Shown here piece by piece: positions 55,421 through 64,000 of a stretch of 64,000 bases of DNA. The number at the start of each line of letters is the position of its first letter. The stretch's first letter is position 1. Source of the stretch: Podarcis bocagei (Eukaryota); NCBI GenBank assembly GCA_964188305.1, contig OZ076894.1. One strand, 5' to 3'. Made by a program: the position numbers and the translations under genes. The notes beneath the pieces were generated by a model. It had not been told where the DNA came from. It was given only the letters and a program-made list of their open reading frames with translations, and did not search any database.

Positions 55421-58400
55421 GTATGTTCAGTGCACTGTGTGACACTATATTGCTAATTGCTGAGATGTGGTATATGTTCCTGTGGTACATGTCAAAATTC
55501 GTTCATCTTTGCATGTGTCCGGATGCCATATTTGTTTAATACACATCTGTTTGCTTTGCATTGGCTAAGTAAAATTGGAGTGAGATGAAACTTCTTAAGT
55601 GGGCATCTTGTTAATTCCATCCTTCATCTCTGGTCATTTCTCACTGCCTTTCATATTATAGTAGTTAGACATGGTTATTAGATCCGCTGGCATTGTTTAC
55701 AACAACCTTCCCTGACCTGGTGCCCTCCACAAGTTTTGGGCTAGAGCTTCCAACACCCTTGACAGTTGGCCATGCCAGATGGGGCTAATGGGAGTTGTAG
55801 CCCAAAACATCTGGAGGGCATCAGATTCAAAACGATGACTTGAAACCATGAAGACTTTATACCATAACGAGTTCTCTTCTGTTGGGATCAGAAAAGCTAT
55901 ATGCCAGAGATACCTGGAAGTCCTTATTGAAACCTTTTCTGTCAAACGGCAGGTCAACTTGCATTTTGTTGATACTGGTCTACTTGATTTTTAGAGTTGT
56001 TGTTTTCGACATGCTTTTGGATGCTCCTTAGAGTGAATTCCCCTCATTTTTAAGGGCAGATTATGGCCGCATTTACATGTTTTGTTTTATAAGGACCTCC
56101 CGTTTGGCAGCCAATGCCGGTTGAGGAACCCAGAAATTATAACTTTAAAGATGGTTTGGAAAGTGAAAGTTGCTAGTCCAGTTCAACCTTTCAAATAACT
56201 TTTCTACATGATATTCTCATACTAATTTGCAAAGACGTATATCACTTGAGGAGAATATAAAATGCAAAACCTAGATGATACATAGATAGAAACATAGATA
56301 GAATCTAGAGAGCAATCTCCATTATCTTATTACCAACAAAACATCTTACCACCATTTGTTGAATTTGCCACTGCAGACAGTGCCTGATTACCAAATAGGG
56401 AAAGTAGGCACCTATGGACCCAATGCCTTTGTCTCCGTAATATAATTCATTAATTTATGATTAGCCTATCACATTTTAAACTATGGCAGAACACTTGAGA
56501 TATATGGTGTCAAATTTAACACCTACCACCTTCAGCTGAGCATCAAAGTGAAGAAGTAAAGACTTCTGGCTAAAACCAGGCTATAATAGCAAATTATTCA
56601 GGCTAGTGAAAATCCAAACAGATTCCAAATAGCCCCCAAACTATCTGTTCACGGATATAACAAGTACTGAACCAAGATGCAGTTGTGACAGAGTTAAGTA
56701 CTTTACAAATTTAAATGTGAATGGGAGACTTTACACTGGTAATAAGAGAAATTAAAAGGCATTGTTCTTGTCAAGTACATAGCCCAGCCTCTCTGTTATA
56801 TCCTAGGATAACAATAAACTACCAAGAACTGTGTTAATTTCCATGTAATAATCAATTGCAAATGAACTGAGCATTCTTCAGGTCCAGTTGTTGCCACAAA
56901 AGTTTTGATTTTGCAGCAAGAGGTGTTAACCTTACCTTTTTGTGGCTGTTCATACCCACTGCTTGTGGGAAATGATTAAAATGGTAGTGTGGAATCTAAT
57001 GAATGTTTTTACGAAACTGCCACACCCACCCATTTAACCTTAGTTCTAGTCGAAACATCAAACTAAGTATCTTCTCAACAAAAATAGATTTAAAGATGTG
57101 TCTGGTCACCTGCAATGGTTGTTGTTCAGCATCCTATATACACTGTAATTTTCTCTCCTTTTTTGTAACCTTCCCCAGAACAAAGAATAATTTTAATATA
57201 TTACTCCATTCATCCATTCCTGAATTGACCCTGTTCTGTTCTTTCCATTCTTCTTGAGTGGCACTTGTCTACTGTGGTTAATTTAAGAAAAGGTGCCATC
57301 CAGGGGGATCTAATTTTGATTTTTGTTGTTGCATTGCATGCCTTGTTGGGGAGTAAATTGTCCATAATGATGTATCTATAAAAGTGTTTGTTTTATTTAT
57401 TTATTTCCTTTTTTTTGTTGTTCTTCCTGTAATGTGGAATGTATGTTTCTTGTGAGGTAAGCCCCCTCGGGAGCTGAAAGGAATGTTTTTATCTTCATTC
57501 TCCCAAACAATGTGCTGCCTGTCCCAAATCACTCTTGTTTTTTGGTACGCTGTGTCTGGAAGGAACTGGGTGTTATAGCAGTCCCGTGACGTTATCACGC
57601 TGTGAGTTTCCGGCCTCCTCTGCTCCATTTCATTGGCTCCTTGTGGGGGCAAGGGAACTTTCAGTGAGTATGATATCATGGCATACTTTGTAGTACTAGA
57701 TGTTACTGGGGAGAGAAAGAGAAAGAGAGAGGAGACACAAAGATGCTGTTTTTCACAACAGTCATATGACTTTAATAACATCCAGTTCCAGCCTCAATTC
57801 CCTTTCTTTGGGTTAGCTGATATATAAGTAGGACATTATTTAAATTCATGACCTTTTTACTATGAAAAATTGGCAAAAATTCACGTCTTCTTTTTTTGTT
57901 GTTCTCCATGGTTATTAGGGAATATACTTAATTGAAATTGGTGTGTTGCGAAACATGTCTTTCATTGTAACTATCCTCTACAGGTTCAAATGAATGGTTA
58001 CAATATGCTCAGTGTAAATCACCCCTTTGTATATTTTGATACTGTAGCATCAAATATATCTCTTTTGGCCGAAATAATCCTGTGAGGTAAGTTAAAATGA
58101 GAGTTAGTTTCCTAATTCAGATATCCATTTCCTAGTTTGCTAAACCATAGTTTAGTAACTGGGAATGAGCGTCAGAACTCGCCTTCCCTCCCTTGTCCCT
58201 TCCCTTCCTTGGCATGCCAATACCGTATAGCTTAAAACTACATCTTCCCATTATTTCTGGAACAATGTGATACAGTGCAGCATCAGGATATTTACCCACA
58301 GTTTGCACATGTTTCAAGATGGTGGTAGGTAAGCTGACATTAAACCACAGTTCCCCATTTTGGCTATAAAGGAGAACTGTGGTTAAAGCTAACCTGGATC

Positions 58401-59215
58401 TTCACACCAAGGAATGTGGAAGACAAGGGTGGAGCATGTTGTCCTGATGTTCCTTCCTGGTTGCTAAAGTGTGTTTTCGCTAGCTGGGAAATGTATATCT
58501 GAACTAGGCCAGTGATTGGTTCAAAGCCCAGCCCAGTGGCTTTTGTAGCTGAGATTAATTATGAACTTTTGGTTGGATATATTTTACTCACTGCCCCATA
58601 GTACTTATTACAGCAGTGCTTACAGCAGAAGGGGTGAATTCCAAATTTATGGCTGTCATAGTTGTTCTGTTGATATACAATGAAATATAACCCAAAGAAC
58701 TTTCAAAAGCCAATCCAACATGTGCTCATTACATCTAAGCCAATATGCCACAAGTTCACTAAGCTTAGTTACTAGCAAAGTTGTCATTCTTTTCATTTGT
58801 GCTTTTATCCCTTAAATGTTTTTAATGTTTAAAAATGTGTGCACCAGTTGTACTGATTGCTGCTGCAGCATAGTGCCACAAATGGCTGTGACATTGCAAG
58901 GATATTGCCTCATTGTTTACAGCAGATATTTAGCCCTAATGGTTGACAGTTGGGTTGCTGCTTCATTCTCAGATAAAGGACTTATTCTTTAAATGTATGT
59001 TGTATCACTGTAGTGGAATTGTAAATACGATGAATAAAGACCATGGGTTTCTGTATGTATGGGAAAGAGCTTGTGCAGCACATTATGCTCTGCCATTTCC
59101 CACATGAGGTAATGGGTGATGCAAGCAACATGTGTGTACGATTGTTCATTATTTCTTCCTCAAAAAGAGGGCTATATTAATTGGAAAATGAACTTGCAGG
59201 TTGTTCACGAAGACT

Positions 59216-59987
59216 AGGGGTGGGGAACCTTAAGTCTGGGTGCTGAATACAGCCCTCCAAGCCTATGTAGCCCTTTTCCAGGCCAGCACCATCCCTAACT
59301 GACCCTTCTTCACACCCTCTTTGAGTATTTCTGCCAGATTGGAATGTGGCCTTGAACTTTGATAATTCCTCTTTCTTCCCCGGATGGAGGACAGAGGAGT
59401 GTGTGAGTGTGTGTAGAAACTAGCCTACTCTGCAAAGGTAAAAATTTCATTGATTGATCTGCCCACATTTGCCTGTGGTCCACCCACCACTGATATGTGA
59501 CCATTGGAGCAGAGTGGTCCAACTTTTCATACCAAGTAGGCCACAAGAGTACTTTGACATGGAACCTGTGGGCTGCACACTGCCTTGTCACCTGGTGCGA
59601 AGGGGAGAGTGAGCCCAAAATTTGATGCCTCCCCTGCCCTTCTTCTGCCTTCCCAAAGCCAGCTAAGCAAGGTGTCCTTCTTTAGGAAGGAAGCATAAGG
59701 CTCTGGCAGGGTCCTAGAGCCCTCCCACCTTGTCCCCCCAGCTGGGAAAGCACAGACTAGGCTTTGGAAAGAAGGTTGGAGGACTCTAGGAACCTGTCAG
59801 AGCCCCCACACCTCCTTTCCAAAGCCCAGCACCTTGCTTACCAGGCTTGGGAAGGCAGCGCAAGAACTGCAGGGAGGGGGCGTCAAATGTTGCCAAGGGC
59901 CACCCAAAACGCAATGAGGGGCACATGCTGAACTGCCCTGCATGGAGGCAATGTGGCCCTCAGGCTAGGAAGAGTTCCCCACTCCTG
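59216..59987. mobile_element. Non-autonomous hAT-like element with a nested inverted-repeat insert
   Basis: TIR aggggtggggaac / gttccccactcct; inner inverted pair tttgatgcctcccctgc / gcagggagggggcgtcaaa. Confidence 0.6.
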
Positions 59988-60954
59988 ATGGAGATCTATG
60001 TAGGTATAGCAGACATTTCCTTGTGTATGCAGTGGTGTCCCCATCACCATGCACAGGACTCCATCTGGTAAGTTGCCAAACAGATACTCAGTTTCCCTGT
60101 TTTCTATTTAGAGCATAGTAAAATATCTGCATGGGCAATTCTTTCACTTGTACCAAGATGGTTATATTTGTATTGATAATATGGTGCAATTTCCTCAAAA
60201 TATCTTGTGAAAGATATAGTTCCAAATGCATTTATAATTTAGAAAATTGCTTCCTTTATGATTATCAACATCATACTTTCACACATGAGTATTATTCTGA
60301 ACCACCTTAATTTAAAAGAAAGTGATGATATCTGTCTAAATATTGCAAAATTTTAATGGCAGTTGGGTTTAAATTCTTAACGATAATCTGACCCTAGTCT
60401 TTTCCATGCCGCTTCTATTGGGGCAAATTCCTTGTGTGCACAAAGCCACAGTAAGATAGATGTGACAACCAAAGAAGAGGGAAATAAATGATATTGTGTA
60501 TCTGCAGAGTATTCCTCCTTCTGGCTCTCTTACTAAAAAAACAAATGCTGAGCACCATCCAGGAGAAATTGTCATATGTATGAAAAATATATATGCTTAA
60601 ATTAATGAAAAGTTTCATCGGATAATAGCTGAGGTTTCATTGAAGGCAGTGGGATTAAAATGTTTAGTCTTTTTAATTTCAGCTACAGTACGCTTTACAG
60701 GCAAATTGCTGGAAACAAATCAGTGCACCAAATTTTCCCTTTTTCTTTTAACTACACAATGGCCCCAGGTATGACACATGATATTAGTCCATCCTTGGAA
60801 CCTGATGTTTTTCCTCAGATGCTCAGTACTGCAACTTGGATGCATTTTTCTTGGGCTTTTCCCAGTATTCTATCAAATATATTTATCCGTAGCATTGTTG
60901 TTCTTATAAACCAATCTGCAATTAGTAAAGATTGGTTGGACCTAGGTGTTATGA

Positions 60955-61097
60955 GACAAATAGTTCAGTTGGTAGAGCATGAGAAACTTAATTTCATGGT
61001 CGTGGGTTCAAACCCCACATTGGGCAAAAGATTCCTGCATTGCAGGGAGTTGGATTAAATTACCCTCGTGGTCCCTTCCAACTCTACAATTCTGTGA
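60955..61097 (+). mobile_element. tRNA-Lys-derived SINE with CR1-type 3' tail
   Basis: tagttcagttggtagagcatgaga..cttaat..ggtcgtgggttcaaaccccacattgggc resembles tRNA-Lys(CTT); followed by gttgga...gtcccttccaactctacaattct. Confidence 0.8.
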
Positions 61098-61498
61098 ACT
61101 AAAAATGTATCAGTCCTTTTTTTTGTAACAAAGCATCTGAAAATAGTAGTAAATGGTCCACTTGTTTGCAGCACCTAGGCTTTAAGACTCACTGCACCTG
61201 TAACATGATAATCTGCTGGTCTTCCAGATACCTTTCACAGGTAGATGTTTCAGTGCATGTGTTTTAAACTGCTGAATGGCAGTGACAGACTGTTATTTCT
61301 CCTTCACCTCTATGCCCAAAAAAATTCTTGGGATATATCGGTTTTGTCTTCCAGAGAAGTTGTTACCTGTTCCACGTCTGCATGAACGCACAGAAATAAT
61401 CTAGAGATCTAATAGCCAATATTACCTCCGTGTGGAGGTTTTAATGCTCTACACTCAGCAATAAAAATCTTACTGGTATTATAGACATCTATACTTAA

Positions 61499-61738
61499 CA
61501 GTTTGAAAGCACGTCAAAGTGCAGGTAGATAAATAGGTACCGCTCCGGCGGGAAGGTAAATGGCATTTCCATGCGCTGCTCTGGTTTCGACAGAAGCGGC
61601 TTAGTCATGCTGGCCACATGACCTGGAAAAACTGTCTGTGGACAAACATTGGCTCCCTCGGCCAAAAAAGTGAAATGAGCGCAGCAACCCCAGAGTCGTT
61701 TGCGACTGGACTTAACTGTCAGGGGTCCTTTACCTTTT
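61499..61738 (+). mobile_element. 5'-truncated Sauria SINE
   Basis: Same core and tail as the other copies; flanked by TATACTTAA at 61490-61498 and 61739-61747. Confidence 0.88.
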
Positions 61739-61750
61739 TATACTTAATAT

Positions 61751-62169
61751 GTTGTTGTTGTTTAGTCGTTTAGTCTTGTCCGACTCTTCGTGACCCCATG
61801 GACCAGAGCACACCAGGCACTTCTCCTTCCACTGCCTCCTGCAGTTTGGTCAAACTCATGTTGGTAGCTTCGAGAACACTGTCCCACCATCTCGTCCTCT
61901 GTCGTCCCCTTCTCCTTGTGCCCTCCATTTTTCCCAACATCAGGGTCTTTTGCAGGGAGTCTTCTCTTCTCATGAGGTGGCCAAAGTATTGGAGCCTCAG
62001 CTTCACAATCTGTCCTTCCAGTGAGCACTCAGGGCTGGTTTCCTTCAGAATGGATAGGTTTGATCTTCTTGCAGTCCATGGGACTCTCAAGAGTCTCCTC
62101 CAGCACCATAATTCAAAAGCATCAATTCTTCGGCTTCTTTTTGGTCCAGCTCTCACTTCCATACATCAC
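61751..62169 (-). mobile_element. BovB (RTE) LINE 3' fragment
   Basis: ORF 61770..62162 (RRIDAFELWCWRRLLRVPWTARRSNLSILKE..PECSLEG..KLRLQYFGHLMRREDSL.KTLMLGKMEG) is the BovB C-terminus; (CAA)n tail; TSD TACTTAATAT at 61741-61750 and 62170-62179. Confidence 0.95.
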
Positions 62170-62372
62170 TACTTAATATAGATAACAAGCAAATATTTAA
62201 AACAAAGACAACTGCAAGGCAGAATATAAAAATGGTATGGTAAGATGTTTTAAATGTGATGATAAATGCAAAGGGTAGAAGAAAAGAAAATACACCCAGT
62301 TTGTTCATTTGTTTTGTTTCATTGATTTCGAATTACATTGGCTGACATTGTTTATTTCCTTTCAATTTATAG

Positions 62373-62410
62373 CAGCCAAGAGTTTACTGAAGAAACCTGA
62401 TGGAGTGAAG
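62373..62410 (+). CDS. CAMK2D: CAMK2D exon 13 (38 nt): (A)AKSLLKKPDGVK, linker; NAGNAG acceptor
   Basis: tttatag|CAGCCAAG...GTGAAG|gtaggc. Confidence 0.95.
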
Positions 62411-63827
62411 GTAGGCTACAAATACTGAGGTCATCTAACGATACGTCTCATTTACTTTTCATTACCATGTGACTTTCCAAATTCTCTTTACTTTGGCTCC
62501 GAAATAACTGGTCCTCTTCCTTTAGGGTTTGCTTTTTAAGAAAAAGAAAATATATATGCTTGAATAAACTTAAGTCACTGCTTTGCAGCTGATCATGGAG
62601 CAGCCATTTGGGAAGGCAGCCTCCAAGTGTCCTTGGCATTCCATTTGTCAGAAGGTTATACCTCAGGGGTTGGCAGCCCTTGAGCTGGGTTCTGCCAGCA
62701 GTAGTTGGTGTGCTTTGGCGGAAGTCAGTGCGTAAGTTTACACCGAATAAAAGATGTCCGTAAGAAGCAGAACAATCTTGCAGTTTTCCTGTGTGATTTA
62801 GAGTTTCTAAACTTGGGTGACCTCAGAATTCCATAATAGGAGAGAAGCTCTGTAAATTAAAGATTCTGGGTAAATACTTTGCAAAATAGCCAAGGAAGAG
62901 CTGGAGGGGTGGGGGGTGGGGAGGGAATATTTCTTCTTCCCAGGAGGACTTGTAAACACAAGATAAAGCAATCCAGCTAATATTAGAAAATGTAACTTCC
63001 ATTTCTTCTATTTTGCAAGTTTTCATTGAAATATGTATTTGACCTCAGCTTTTATCCTTGCAACTTTTTCTTGAAGTTTGTTACTTACCTTTAAATATCT
63101 AATTCACTGTATATTTCTCTTGGACTCATTACATGTATACCCTTTCATAATTCACTTAAAGGCACCCTAATCACTTAGGTCCAACCTATCTTTTTCAAAA
63201 CCAGCCATTGGCAACCTATTGCTTCCATGAACCAAGCACAAATTCCAAGATTAACTGGACCTATTTCAATATATTGCTTGAATCACTGAGGGGAATACAG
63301 GGTGTTCGTCTCCACTGCCTTCAATAATTTGGGCACTTTACAAAAGGACATTATCCAAAGTCAACCTGGTCCTTTCCAGTGTTCCTAACTGGGTAATTTC
63401 AATAGGGTAACTTACCTAAAATGTGGTCTAATTCAGACAGCTTGTTTCATTCAGTACTAGGGTCTTGTATGTCTGTAACTATCTGTGTCAAAATTGGTCT
63501 GTTTAAACAGTAATGCTAAGTATAATTGTTGCCAACACTTTGCTAGTACCACTACACTTATGGGGGTCTTCTTTGCTGTGTGTTCGGGACTCTGTTTTGC
63601 GTTTGTGTTTGCAGTCCTATGAAGTGGCGGGTGGAGAGTGTGCACCTTATCAAAGTATTTGTTTTCACAATTTTTCTCATGCAGGAGATCCCACTCCCAT
63701 CCTCAATACCTGTATATTAGGCTGTTCTTAGAACAAACAAACAATATACTGTTCTCCATGCATTGATACCTCAAATCCAACCAGTCACATTTTCTTCTTT
63801 TCCTTTCCCTCTGACTGGTCAAATCAG

Positions 63828-63860
63828 AAAAGGAAGTCAAGTTCGAGTGTTCAGATGATG
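63828..63860 (+). CDS. CAMK2D: CAMK2D alternative linker exon (33 nt): KRKSSSSVQMM, nuclear localisation signal of the deltaB isoform
   Basis: aaatcag|AAAAGG...ATGATG|gtgagg; forms KKRK with the preceding exon. Confidence 0.94.
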
Positions 63861-64000
63861 GTGAGGATCTTTATCTGCCAGATTTTTCCTCCTGTGAAAC
63901 GTTCACACTTAAAGAGATGAAATTCTTGCATTTAGATCTGTTGACGTAGCAAAAGGAAGCTGCAAGACTTTTAAAATACAGGCTTGTAACTTCTGCATCA

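Noticed and set aside
60955-61027. Functional tRNA-Lys gene
   Set aside because: The acceptor and anticodon stems are mutated and the sequence runs directly into a CR1-type tail, so it is a SINE.

Overview
AT-rich vertebrate genomic DNA from a squamate reptile, most likely a lacertid lizard, judged from the Sauria/POM-type SINEs, Squam3-like SINEs, BovB and CR1. The whole window lies inside one + strand gene, CAMK2D (Ca2+/calmodulin-dependent protein kinase II delta). I located 13 coding exons with canonical AG/GT borders and consistent phases. Using human-style numbering these are exons 3, 4, 5, two alternative 73-nt copies of exon 6, exons 7-13, and the 33-nt nuclear-localisation exon (KRKSSSSVQMM). 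Exons 1-2 and the hub-domain exons lie outside the window. The rest is intron filled with retroelements (CR1, RTE/BovB, L1 remnants, SINEs, Penelope-like termini), DNA-transposon MITEs and microsatellites; most ORFs in the supplied track are spurious or TE-derived. The most interesting zone is 40.7-42.3 kb. It contains (i) the mutually exclusive exon-6 pair, (ii) a candidate competing RNA-pairing switch able to mask either the 6a donor or the 6b acceptor, (iii) RBFOX motifs around 6b, and (iv) a perfect 197-bp palindrome carrying a Penelope-type hammerhead ribozyme motif. A full-length 2.16-kb non-autonomous L1-like insertion with an 18-bp TSD sits in intron 3. Family names come from recognition, not database searches.
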